Positions 28,760 to 37,828 of a stretch of 64,000 nt of DNA are shown one piece after another (the first letter of the stretch is position 1; each line of letters begins with the position of its first letter). Under the pieces are notes generated by a model. It was not told where the DNA came from. It ran no database searches and worked only from the letters and a program-made list of their open reading frames with translations. Origin of the DNA: Chloroflexota bacterium (GTDB taxonomy: Bacteria; Chloroflexota; Dehalococcoidia; Dehalococcoidales; JAZDNC01); the NCBI GenBank assembly GCA_043800335.1, contig JAZDNC010000012.1, positions 1,017 to 65,016 of the forward strand, given 5' to 3'. The position numbers and the translations under genes are program-made.

Positions 28760-29809
28760 ATGCTTGGAAATGAAGATGAACTGGTTGAGAAAATTGCATC
28801 TGAAGAAGAAGATGAAGAAACGGCAGTTCCCATCTACAAGATTGGCGCTTACCCTTCTGACCCCACGCTTGAGCTACTAAATACGAGATGGCAACGCGGG
28901 GAAATAACAGTCCAAAAATTTCAGCGAGGGTGGGTTTGGAAGCCTCCTCAAGCCAGCAAATTGGTAGATTCTTTTTTACTGGGATTACCAGTACCTGAAA
29001 TCTTTGTTTATAGAGACCCAATATCAGAGAAACACATAGTCATTGATGGGCAACAGCGCCTACGCACTATTGTGGGATTCTTTGAAGGTATACTGCCAGA
29101 CGGCACTGATTTCTACCTCAGGAACGTAAGTGTGCAATGGGAGGGCAAACATTACAATGACCTGAGTGAGGCAGAGCAAAGAAGGTTTCGAAACACAACA
29201 TTACGGGTAGTGGTAATTGAGCAGTCAGACCCTAAGGACAACTCGAGTATGTATGCCATTTTCGAGCGTCTGAATACAGGCGGGACTGCTCTTACCCCAC
29301 AAGAAGTGAGAAACTGCGTTTATTACGGCCCGTTCAATGACTTAATAATTGAACTCAACAGAAACGAGCAATGGCGGCAAATCTTTGGTTCAAATGACCC
29401 TGACAAACGGATGCGTGACATTGAAATCATCATTCGCTTCCTTTCGCTGTATGAAAAAAGCGAAAATTATTACAAGCCAATGAAGAAATTCTTAAGCGAC
29501 TACATGAAAGACCAGCGGTGGGATAAGAACAGAGAACCCTATCAAAGCACTTTCGTCGAAACCGTCAATCGTATCTGCAAAACACTTGGCCCAAAACCCT
29601 TCAATATTACTAGAGGAATAAACGTAGCCATTTGTGATTCCGTAATGGTAGCTTTTGCACGCTCCTCAAATACTCCAAGCGATATAACAAAACGTTTCCA
29701 AGCACTGAGGGCTAATCTTAGCTATGTAGATGCTATTACTCAGCACACCACAGATGCCGATAAAGTGAAGAACCGCATCAAATTGGCTGAGGAGATTCTT
29801 TTCAGGTGA
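28760..29809 (+). CDS. DUF262 (ParB-like / GmrSD N-terminal-type) domain protein
   Basis: KFQRGWVW...SFLLGLPVPEIF...VIDGQQRLRTI motif series. No DUF1524 / His-Me finger tail. Low-GC gene. Confidence 0.8.
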   Translation: MLGNEDELVEKIASEEEDEETAVPIYKIGAYPSDPTLELLNTRWQRGEITVQKFQRGWVWKPPQASKLVDSFLLGLPVPEIFVYRDPISEKHIVIDGQQRLRTIVGFFEGILPDGTDFYLRNVSVQWEGKHYNDLSEAEQRRFRNTTLRVVVIEQSDPKDNSSMYAIFERLNTGGTALTPQEVRNCVYYGPFNDLIIELNRNEQWRQIFGSNDPDKRMRDIEIIIRFLSLYEKSENYYKPMKKFLSDYMKDQRWDKNREPYQSTFVETVNRICKTLGPKPFNITRGINVAICDSVMVAFARSSNTPSDITKRFQALRANLSYVDAITQHTTDADKVKNRIKLAEEILFR

Positions 29810-30291
29810 TACTAAGTAACCCATATGTCACTAAACGGTGTAGTGAGATAGACTCACTTCTGGCAGATGCGCAGCAATGGGCACTCAAGGATTCGAAACT
29901 TGGCGCTCAGCTTGCAGCTTATCTCTCGGTAATGATTGTTGGTATACTGGAAGACTGCATTGAAAATTTAATTGCCGATAGAGTTAGTAAAGCGAGGGAC
30001 CCCGAAATTTATAATTACATATGCTCGATGGTCTCTGCTAGATTCAGAAACCCTGATTTTGGCTCAATCAGTGGTCTACTAGGTGAATTTAGTGATAAAT
30101 ACAAGGAGGAGTTCAAAAACAAAATAACCCCTAACGGGCGCGAAGCTGATGCGATGCAAAGTCTTATGTCAAATAGACATTCTGTGACTCACGAGGGAGT
30201 TACGAACCTCAACTTGACTATTTCTGACATAAGCACTTATTACACTAACATTATCCCTGTTTTACAGGCTTTAGAGCAGATTCTTGCATAA
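29806..30291 (+). CDS. HEPN-motif protein (putative RNase partner of the DUF262 protein)
   Basis: All-helical composition. Rx4H motif NRHSVTHEG near the C-terminus. The GTG start overlaps the DUF262 TGA (GTGA). Confidence 0.55.
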   Translation: MILSNPYVTKRCSEIDSLLADAQQWALKDSKLGAQLAAYLSVMIVGILEDCIENLIADRVSKARDPEIYNYICSMVSARFRNPDFGSISGLLGEFSDKYKEEFKNKITPNGREADAMQSLMSNRHSVTHEGVTNLNLTISDISTYYTNIIPVLQALEQILA

Positions 30292-30347
30292 GTTGGTTAC
30301 AAAGGTTAAGTCAGGTCACGGCATTTATCAATCCAAGGAGGTTTAGT

Positions 30348-30599
30348 TTGGGAGAGTTTGACCGCCTGAGGGAATACCTCTCAAAGTGCGAGGGGACGGA
30401 TTTACTCATTACTTTCAACAAGATAAACGAGGTCATCAGCCCCAATCACCTGCCCCAGGAAGCCTATGACTCGCGTAACTGGTGGGCAAACACACGGGGT
30501 AATCCCCAGGCGTGTTGCTGGCTCGGTGCCGGCTGGCGGGTAGCCACTGTGAATCTGATACACCGGGAGGTAAACTTCACCCGGAGACCTGAGGCGTAA
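30348..30599 (+). CDS. Hypothetical small Trp-rich protein
   Basis: AAGGAGG lies before the TTG at 30348. Contains NWWAN...CCWLGAGWRVATVNL...VNFTR. Confidence 0.5.
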   Translation: MGEFDRLREYLSKCEGTDLLITFNKINEVISPNHLPQEAYDSRNWWANTRGNPQACCWLGAGWRVATVNLIHREVNFTRRPEA

Positions 30600-30836
30600 A
30601 TGGAAAACACAAAGACCAACCTCAAAAAGGCAGTCGCATTCCTGAGAGCACCGTTCTCCGCGTTGATTTTTCTCTACGGGGCGGGTTCTACCGTTTGTGG
30701 AGTCATGGCGATTTTTGAAGATGATATCAAGTGGTTCCTGCTATATTTATCCTCAGGCTTACTGCTAATGATTATCGGATACCGGATGCGTCCTCCCAGA
30801 GAGGCTAAATCCGATGAAAAAGAGGACGACTGGTAG
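30600..30836 (+). CDS. Hypothetical 2-TM membrane protein
   Basis: The ATG immediately follows the TAA of the previous gene. Two hydrophobic helices and an acidic tail. Confidence 0.5.
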   Translation: MENTKTNLKKAVAFLRAPFSALIFLYGAGSTVCGVMAIFEDDIKWFLLYLSSGLLLMIIGYRMRPPREAKSDEKEDDW

Positions 30837-30873
30837 CTCTTCCAGCCAGAGGCTATAATGAAGAAGGTGCGAT

Positions 30874-31356
30874 ATGCTTAAAGAGATACTCACTGCTCTG
30901 GAGAATGACGCCCGCCTGAGCGCAAAACAGCTCGCCGACATCACCGGCACAAGCGAAGCCGAGGTCGGCAAACTGGTCGAGCAGGCGGAGAAACAGCGCA
31001 TCATCCTGAAGTACAAGACGGTCATCAACTGGGACAGGGTTGAGGACGAACACGTCTGGGCGCTCGTCGGTGTCAAGCTCACCCCGCAGAAGGACGTCGG
31101 CTACGACCTTATTGCCGAGAAAATCTGCCGCCTTCCCGAGACGAAAACGGTTTACCTCATCTCCGGCAGCAGCGACCTTACCGTGCTGGTGGTCTGCAAA
31201 TCAGCCCGTGAGGTGGCTAACTTCATCTCCCAGAAGCTCGCTACCATCGAGGGCGTCCAGCAGACGGTAACCCAGTTCCTGCTCAAGCGCTATAAAGAAG
31301 ACGGCGAGATTATCGACGGCAGGGAAGAGGTAAAGCGCCAGCACGTTGTCTTATAG
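30874..31356 (+). CDS. Lrp/AsnC-family transcriptional regulator
   Basis: N-terminal HTH (ENDARLSAKQLADITGTSEAEV) and C-terminal RAM-like domain. Confidence 0.85.
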   Translation: MLKEILTALENDARLSAKQLADITGTSEAEVGKLVEQAEKQRIILKYKTVINWDRVEDEHVWALVGVKLTPQKDVGYDLIAEKICRLPETKTVYLISGSSDLTVLVVCKSAREVANFISQKLATIEGVQQTVTQFLLKRYKEDGEIIDGREEVKRQHVVL

Positions 31357-31370
31357 CTAGAGGAGAATTT

Positions 31371-32558
31371 ATGAGCCCCGGTAAGAAGTTTGAAATCAAT
31401 GATTTTGTTTCCCAGAAGGTCAGGGAGCTTTCACCTTCGGGCATACGGCGTTTCTTTGACCTATTGGCATCAATGGACGGGGTCATCTCGCTGGGCATCG
31501 GCGAGCCTGACTTCACCACCCCCTGGCACATCCGCGAGGTGGCGATTGAAGCCATTAAAAAAGGCTACACCATGTACACCTCAAACTCCGGCATGCCTGA
31601 GCTCCGGGAGGAGCTTGCCCGCCATCTGAAATCCTTCTATGACGTGACCTATAAGCCCGATGGCGAGCTTCTCATCACCGTGGGTGTAAGCGAAGCGCTG
31701 GATTTGACCATGAGAGCCATCCTTAACCCAGGAGATGAGGTCATCATGACCGACCCCTGCTATGTGGCTTATGACGCCAGTGTCTCCCTCGCCGGCGGTG
31801 TCCCGGTCAAGGTAAAGACCTACGCTGAGCAGAACTTTGAGCTTGAGCCTGAAGATATAGAAGCCTACATTACCCCTAAGACCAAGGCAGTCTTAATCGG
31901 CTACCCGGCAAATCCGACCGGGGCGGTCATGCCCCGCGAAAAGCTCATCCGACTCGGTGAGATAGCCCGGCGCCACAATATCCTGGTCATCTCCGATGAG
32001 ATTTACTCCAGGCTGGTCTACGGCGTCCCCCACACCTGCTTCGCCAGCCTGCCCGGGATGCGGGAGAACACCGTCTTCCTAGGGGGCTTCTCCAAGGCCT
32101 ACGCCATGACCGGCTGGCGGGTGGGTTATGCCGCCGCCCCGAAAGAAATTATCGCCGCCATGACCAAGGTACACCAGTACACCATTATGTGCGTCCCCAT
32201 CATGGGTCAGGTGGCGGCGACCGAGGCTCTCAGGGCAGGGGATGAAGCCGCGGGCGAGATGGTCAAAGACTACAACCGCCGGCGCCTCATCATGGTGAAG
32301 GGGCTTAACGACATCGGTCTTACCTGTTTCGAGCCGAAGGGGGCTTTCTATGCCTTCCCTTCCATTAAATCAACAGGCATGACCTCCGAGGAGTTCGCCG
32401 AAAAGCTCCTGACCGAAGAAAAGGTCGCCGTCGTTCCGGGTAACGCCTTCGGTAGCTGTGGCGAAGGCTTTGTCCGCTGTTGTTACGCCACCGCCGCCGA
32501 GGACATCGTAGAAGCCCTGGCCCGGATGAAAAGATTTCTCGCCCGGCACAGAAAGTAA
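31371..32558 (+). CDS. PLP-dependent aminotransferase, class I (aspartate aminotransferase-like)
   Basis: LGIGEPDF and FSKAYAMTGWRVGY (PLP lysine) motifs. Confidence 0.9.
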   Translation: MSPGKKFEINDFVSQKVRELSPSGIRRFFDLLASMDGVISLGIGEPDFTTPWHIREVAIEAIKKGYTMYTSNSGMPELREELARHLKSFYDVTYKPDGELLITVGVSEALDLTMRAILNPGDEVIMTDPCYVAYDASVSLAGGVPVKVKTYAEQNFELEPEDIEAYITPKTKAVLIGYPANPTGAVMPREKLIRLGEIARRHNILVISDEIYSRLVYGVPHTCFASLPGMRENTVFLGGFSKAYAMTGWRVGYAAAPKEIIAAMTKVHQYTIMCVPIMGQVAATEALRAGDEAAGEMVKDYNRRRLIMVKGLNDIGLTCFEPKGAFYAFPSIKSTGMTSEEFAEKLLTEEKVAVVPGNAFGSCGEGFVRCCYATAAEDIVEALARMKRFLARHRK

Positions 32559-32646
32559 ACTTCTCCCTTTCCTAAAGGGAGATAGAGAGGGATTCAAAAT
32601 TCCATAAGCCCCTTTAGTCCCCTTTATAAAAGTGGGAGGTTGGATT

Positions 32647-32780
32647 GTCATTGCGAGGAGTCCCGATACTCCTTAACTCCTATCGGGACGACGTGGCAAT
32701 CTCATAAAAACGGCTGGTCACTCGGCGATAGCGAGGCATCTACTACATTCAGGAGATTGCTTCGCTCCGCTCGCAATGAC
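32647..32780. repeat. Inverted pair of REP/MITE-like units
   Basis: The unit 32647..32702 (gtcattgcgag...acgtggcaatct) carries an extra internal hairpin, tcccgata...tatcggga. It faces the unit 32755..32780 (gattgcttcgctccgctcgcaatgac). Confidence 0.8.
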
Positions 32781-32855
32781 AGTTGGGAACGAGGCTGATG
32801 AAAGAAAATGTGACTCTCGCAGAAGAACTTGAGGCATAGCCAGGAGTGTGGTCAA

Positions 32856-33236
32856 ATGAGTGAAGATTTAAGTCTAATCGGATACTGCGGGCTGAACTGC
32901 GCCACCTGTTTCAGCTATAAGAAGACGGTCTCTGAGGCGGCAAAATCTCTCAGAAGAGAGCTAAGGACAGCCAAACTCAAGGAGTTCTGGACGGAGATTC
33001 CCTTCCTGGGGGAGTATGCGCCGTTTAAGAAAGCCCTCGACGGGCTGGCGGTGCTCAGGTGCGCCAAAGCCTGCCAGGGCGGTGGCGGTAACCCCTGGTG
33101 CAAGATAAGAAAGTGCGCCCAGAGGAAAGCTGTTTCGGGGTGCTGGGAGTGTGAGGTTTTTGAGACCTGCGACAAGCTGAACGAAAGGTATGTCAAGAAC
33201 CTGAAGAAGATAAGGCGGGCGGAGGGGGGCATGTGA
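32856..33236 (+). CDS. DUF3795-like Cys-rich protein
   Basis: IGYCGLNCATC start motif and later Cys clusters (CAKAC, CWECE..C). AGGAGTG lies before the ATG at 32856. Confidence 0.7.
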   Translation: MSEDLSLIGYCGLNCATCFSYKKTVSEAAKSLRRELRTAKLKEFWTEIPFLGEYAPFKKALDGLAVLRCAKACQGGGGNPWCKIRKCAQRKAVSGCWECEVFETCDKLNERYVKNLKKIRRAEGGM

Positions 33237-33253
33237 AGGCGAGAGAGAGGTAG

Positions 33254-34102
33254 CTAGCCAGAGGCACGATAACATCGATTACAAAGTGGTTTGGAATACG
33301 TTGTTAAAGCTTGTCTGCCGCAAATGTGGCAGAATTGCTCTTCATAATCAGGATTCTTATATCTCGCCCACTCTTTATAACAATCAGAGCAAAGCGGATA
33401 ATCTGGGTTTTGAGGCATCCGCGTACCACATCTAATACAATACCCCGTTGGCTGACTTACAAAAGGCAACGATGTTTCTTTTTTGACGGCAGTTAGCGCC
33501 TCTAACACATTCACAACTTTAGTAATTACGCTAGGTTCGTCCTTTTTGACTTTCGGTACTTCTTTTGGAACAGCCACAGCCTCTCTCGTGGCACTAGAAG
33601 ACGTTCTTTTATCAATTTCTGACTGCGTCTCGGTGATCAGGTTACGGAGGATTTTGGTTATCTCTTGCGTCCCAGACTCTAACTTTGCATCCCGAATAAA
33701 GGACTCAGCTTCTCTCACAGCATCAACGAACAGTTTGGCATCGTCTGACTTTTTTATCAAGACTCCCATCTCTCGATTATTGGTCTCAGAGAATTCATAC
33801 ATATTCATAGATGCGATGACCATGCTCTCTTCATTGAAGTAACATTTAGCATGTAGACTGTTAGGGAAACACAATGAGAGATTCTTTAGTTGTTGAAGTT
33901 TCTGTTTCTCCCCTTGTTTCAAGTCATCCTTACCGTAAACCAAAACAATCTTAATTGCGCGGCTGTCTGCATCTTTAAGTCTTTTTGAAAGGCTGACAGA
34001 TAGCTGGAGAAAAGGTGAAATCAGAACTAGCCAACTTTTAGCCTTTATGATTATATCTTCAATATTGCTAGATGTTCCCTTTGTCGTCAGAAACTCTGCC
34101 AT
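33254..34102 (-). CDS. PLD-family (Nuc-like HKD) nuclease with two C-terminal zinc ribbons
   Basis: LHAKCYFNEESMVIASMN (HxK...SxN). C-terminal CIRCG..CSDC and CHICG..CNRC. Low GC. Confidence 0.7.
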   Translation of the reverse strand: MAEFLTTKGTSSNIEDIIIKAKSWLVLISPFLQLSVSLSKRLKDADSRAIKIVLVYGKDDLKQGEKQKLQQLKNLSLCFPNSLHAKCYFNEESMVIASMNMYEFSETNNREMGVLIKKSDDAKLFVDAVREAESFIRDAKLESGTQEITKILRNLITETQSEIDKRTSSSATREAVAVPKEVPKVKKDEPSVITKVVNVLEALTAVKKETSLPFVSQPTGYCIRCGTRMPQNPDYPLCSDCYKEWARYKNPDYEEQFCHICGRQALTTYSKPLCNRCYRASG

Positions 34103-34145
34103 CGCTTTCCCCTAAACAGTGGTGTTCGTCCCTAGGATTAATCCC

Positions 34146-34442
34146 CTACCTCCCTCGCTCCGTGGCGGCTATCTGGAAGACTCTCACCCTCGACTCCTGA
34201 GCTAAAAGGGGCTTAATCTGCTCCAGGATTTTGACTCTTGGCTCTGACTTCTCCCACTCCCGCCACTCCTTGAGGCTCGACCAGGTGGCGACAGCCACAA
34301 CCTCGGTTTTGTCCTGCGCGTTAATCAGGGTCTCGCCACTGATATAGCCCGGCGCGTTCATCGCTGCCATCCAGAGCGCTCTGAGCAGTACCGATATGTC
34401 GGCTTCCTTTTTCACCCTGCGTTCAATCATGACCTTTATCAT
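34146..34442 (-). CDS. Antibiotic-biosynthesis-monooxygenase (ABM) domain protein
   Basis: 98 aa. Ferredoxin-like pattern ...GYISGETL...VAVATWSSLKEWREW. Confidence 0.75.
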   Translation of the reverse strand: MIKVMIERRVKKEADISVLLRALWMAAMNAPGYISGETLINAQDKTEVVAVATWSSLKEWREWEKSEPRVKILEQIKPLLAQESRVRVFQIAATERGR

Positions 34443-34460
34443 GGGACTGCCCTCCTTCCT

Positions 34461-35435
34461 CTAAATCAGGCGCATCTTCTCTTTGACTTCCCTCAGTGTC
34501 TCCCCGGCGATGACCTTCGCTCGCTTCGCCCCGTCCGCCAGAACGTCACTCACGTAATCCGGGTCTTTAGCCAGGACTGCCCTTTTCTCCCGGAATGGAG
34601 CGAGCCGTTTGTTGATTGCCTCGGCGAGGACTTGCTTGCACTGGACACAGCCAATCTTTGCCTCTCGGCACTGGAACTCAAGCTCGCCTATCTGGTCTAA
34701 ACTGAAGAACTTCTGGAGGGTAAAGACATTGCAGACCTCGGGGTGACCGGCGTCGCTTCTGAGCTTGCGCGCCGGGTCGGTAACGGCAGTCATCACCCGA
34801 GCCTTGGTCTCTTCAGGGCTTACCGCTATCTCAAGGTGATTGTCAAGCGACTTACTCATCTTGTCCTTGCCGTCAAGACCGACAATCATGGGGAACTCGG
34901 TGAGCTTGGCAACCGGCTCGGGGAAGGTTTCGCCGAACTTCTCGTTGAAACGGCGCACAATCTCCCGGGCAAGCTCAAGATGGGGTAGCTGGTCTTCACC
35001 CACCGGCACCACTTCCGCCTTGTAAAGCACGATGTCCGCCGTCATCAGCACCGGGTAGCCGACAAGCCCGTAGTTCACGTTCTGAGGCTGCTGTTTCGCC
35101 TTTTCCTTGAAGGTGGGCACCCTGAGCAGCCAGCTTAGTGGCGTAATCATGCCGAGAAGGGTGAACAGCTCAACCACCTCGGGGACGTGGGACTGGACAA
35201 AGATGATGCTCTTTTGGGGGTCAAGCCCCGCCGCCAGCCAGTCGAGCGCCATCTCACGGATGTTCGTCTGTAAGGTGGCAGTGTCCTCCAGCGTGGTCAG
35301 GGCGTGGATGTCAACGATACAGTAGATAGTCTCATACTCGGCTTGGAGCGCCACGTAGTTCTGGATTGCCCCCAGGTAGTTCCCCAGGTGCTGGCGTCCC
35401 GTGGGGCGGGCGCCGGAAAAGACACGTTTATTCAT
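34461..35435 (-). CDS. trpS: Tryptophan--tRNA ligase
   Basis: SGARPTGRQHLGNYLGA (HIGH-like) and KMSKS motifs. Confidence 0.95.
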   Translation of the reverse strand: MNKRVFSGARPTGRQHLGNYLGAIQNYVALQAEYETIYCIVDIHALTTLEDTATLQTNIREMALDWLAAGLDPQKSIIFVQSHVPEVVELFTLLGMITPLSWLLRVPTFKEKAKQQPQNVNYGLVGYPVLMTADIVLYKAEVVPVGEDQLPHLELAREIVRRFNEKFGETFPEPVAKLTEFPMIVGLDGKDKMSKSLDNHLEIAVSPEETKARVMTAVTDPARKLRSDAGHPEVCNVFTLQKFFSLDQIGELEFQCREAKIGCVQCKQVLAEAINKRLAPFREKRAVLAKDPDYVSDVLADGAKRAKVIAGETLREVKEKMRLI

Positions 35436-35490
35436 TCAAGGTCTCCTCTAGTCTGTATCTCCTCTCCCCTCCGCAGGAGAGGCTACATGT

Positions 35491-37170
35491 TTACATCGAA
35501 TCGGGTGCCGTCATCCCCATTAATCCCAGTGTTCTGGCCAAGACCAGCTTCGCCGCCGAGACCAGTTTGAGACGGGCTTTAGTGAGCGCCACGTCATCGG
35601 AAACGACCCGGCAGTCCCGGTAGAAGCAGTGAAAGGCGGTGGCTAACTCCAGCGCGTAGTAGGGAAGACAGTGGACACCCAGTGTCCTTGCGGCAAGCTC
35701 AATCATCTCCGGGAGCATCACCAGCCGGCGGATTAGACCAAGTTCCGGCTCTGAGGTGAGCAACGAGACATCGCCGTCCCGGAAGTCTATGTTTTTCTCC
35801 TGAGCCAGCTTCAGGATGCTGGCGATGCGGGCGTGGGCGTACTGGACGTAGTAGACCGGGTTCTCCGCCGACTCTTTCTTTGCCAGCTCCAGGTCAAAGT
35901 CCATCTGGGCATCGGCAGAGCGGCAGAGGAAGAAGTAGCGGCAGGCGTCAACCCCGACCTCATCCATGACCTCGCTTAGAGTTATAATATCCCCGCTCCT
36001 CTTGGAAAGGCGGACAATCTCCTTGCCCCTTCTCAGGGTCACCAACTGGGAGATGATGACCTTGAATCGCTCGGCGCTCACGCCGAGGGCGGCTGCCACC
36101 GCTTTCATGCGGGGCACGTGCCCCTGGTGGTCAGCCCCCCAGATGTCAATCACCTGGTCAAACTTGCGCTTCAGGAACTTGTTGTAGTGATAGGCGATGT
36201 CGCCGGCGAGGTAGGTAGGCGAGCCATCGCTCCGCACCACCACGTTGTCCTTGTCCTCACCGAGGGCAGTAGAGACGAACCAGGTCGCCCTCTCTTTCTC
36301 GGCGATAAAGCCCGCCTTTTTAAGCTGAGCCATGACCTCGTTGTAGTCGCCACCGGCATAAAGGCTCTTTTCACTGAACCAGACGTCAAAAGTGACGCCC
36401 AGCCTCACCAAATCCCGCTTGATTGCCTCAATCATGCGCCTGAGCCCGATTTCACCCAGCGCGCTAACTGCTTCTGCTTCGGGCACTTTCAGGAATTTAT
36501 CCCCGAATTCAGAGGCAAGCTCTTTAGCCAAGTCAACCATGTAGCTTCCCATGTAGCCGTTGGCTGGCATCTCGGCTTTTTTGCCGAAACACTCAAGATA
36601 ACGGACGTAAAGGGAGCGATAGAAGGCATCAACCTGACTACCGGCGTCATTCAGGTAATACTCTTTCTCCACGCGGTAGCCGGAGGCTTCCAGCACATTA
36701 GCCAGGGTGCTCCCCAGGACAGCGCCTCTCCCATGACCCACGTGAAGAGGGCCGGTGGGATTGACGCTGACAAACTCTATCTGGATGCGGCTGCCCTTGC
36801 CCAGGTTGCTACCACCAAAACTTTCACCGGCTTCAAGTATCGCCCCGACCTGCCCAGTAAGCCAGTCGTCCTTGAGGGTAAAGTTGATGAAGCCGGGCGC
36901 TGCCACTTCAACACTCTTCACCTCAGGAGATTTGGGCATTAGCGAGACAAGCTCTAGAGCGATGGTCATGGGGTTGACCCCGGCAGCGCGAGCCAGCTTC
37001 AGAGCGATGCTGGAGGCGTAGTCGCCGTGCTCCGGGCGCTGGGGACGCTCCAGGGTGACCTCGGGAAGAGGTACCCCGGGCAGTTTCCCCTGAGATTGAG
37101 CCTTAGCGAGAGCCTCGCTCAGTAAGGCAACTATCTTTTCTTTGACTTCTCTCTGGGTATTCACAAGCAT
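35491..37170 (-). CDS. argS: Arginine--tRNA ligase
   Basis: SVNPTGPLHVGHGR motif, 559 aa, and a C-terminal DALR-type anticodon-binding region. Confidence 0.95.
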   Translation of the reverse strand: MLVNTQREVKEKIVALLSEALAKAQSQGKLPGVPLPEVTLERPQRPEHGDYASSIALKLARAAGVNPMTIALELVSLMPKSPEVKSVEVAAPGFINFTLKDDWLTGQVGAILEAGESFGGSNLGKGSRIQIEFVSVNPTGPLHVGHGRGAVLGSTLANVLEASGYRVEKEYYLNDAGSQVDAFYRSLYVRYLECFGKKAEMPANGYMGSYMVDLAKELASEFGDKFLKVPEAEAVSALGEIGLRRMIEAIKRDLVRLGVTFDVWFSEKSLYAGGDYNEVMAQLKKAGFIAEKERATWFVSTALGEDKDNVVVRSDGSPTYLAGDIAYHYNKFLKRKFDQVIDIWGADHQGHVPRMKAVAAALGVSAERFKVIISQLVTLRRGKEIVRLSKRSGDIITLSEVMDEVGVDACRYFFLCRSADAQMDFDLELAKKESAENPVYYVQYAHARIASILKLAQEKNIDFRDGDVSLLTSEPELGLIRRLVMLPEMIELAARTLGVHCLPYYALELATAFHCFYRDCRVVSDDVALTKARLKLVSAAKLVLARTLGLMGMTAPDSM

Positions 37171-37251
37171 CTCGTTTCTAACGGAATTAGAATAACCTAA
37201 TATAGCACGAAATCAGATTTCTGCGAAGAGCGCAGGGGATTTATCGCAAAC

Positions 37252-37285
37252 GTCATTGCAAGGAGCAAAGCGACGTGGCAATCCG
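37252..37285 (+). repeat. REP/MITE-like palindromic unit
   Basis: gtcattgcaaggagcaaagcgacgtggcaatccg. Confidence 0.8.
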
Positions 37286-37320
37286 TAGCCCCCTAATTGA
37301 GGTGACGCTATGGACTGTCC

Positions 37321-37668
37321 CTACTCTGACCTTATCATGATAAGAAGCATCTTGAACCGCTCTACCGCTTTAAGGGCATGTGGCTGGTTCGCCGGCATAA
37401 TGACCATGTCACCGGCTTTGAGATTAAATGGCTTCCCGAAAATAGTCACCTGGGCCTGCCCGTCAAGGAGATAGACCATAGCATCATAAGGCGCGGTGTG
37501 CTCGCTCAAACCCTGTCCCTTATCAAAGGAGAATAAGGTCACTGTGCCCGTCTTTTTCTCAATGATGGTGCGGCTGACCACCGCCTTAGCCTGATATTCA
37601 ACAAGCTCAACCAGCTTCGCCGCTTTTGCTACAAGACCAATCGGGCTAGTTTCCTTCTTACCTGCCAT
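37321..37668 (-). CDS. Cupin-domain protein
   Basis: GQGLSEHTAPYDAMVYLLDG...GDMVIMPANQPHAL. GGAGG lies before the ATG at 37668. Confidence 0.8.
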   Translation of the reverse strand: MAGKKETSPIGLVAKAAKLVELVEYQAKAVVSRTIIEKKTGTVTLFSFDKGQGLSEHTAPYDAMVYLLDGQAQVTIFGKPFNLKAGDMVIMPANQPHALKAVERFKMLLIMIRSE

Positions 37669-37828
37669 TTTTGAACCTCCTGAGATTTCGAAAACGGCAA
37701 CATTGTAGCATTTTGCGAGAGGAGACACAAAGCTCTTAGCCATTGACCGCCAGTATCACTTAAGCTATCCTTTCATTGGGAATAACTGGTGCCCTTTTGT
37801 TTTGGGAAAAACGAGGGGAGGAAATAAC

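Noticed and set aside
35436-35490. Hairpin CCTCTCC...GGAGAGG between argS and trpS as a terminator or T-box.
   Set aside because: It has no U-tract and is far too short for a T-box leader. It is probably just an intercistronic stem overlapping the trpS SD region.
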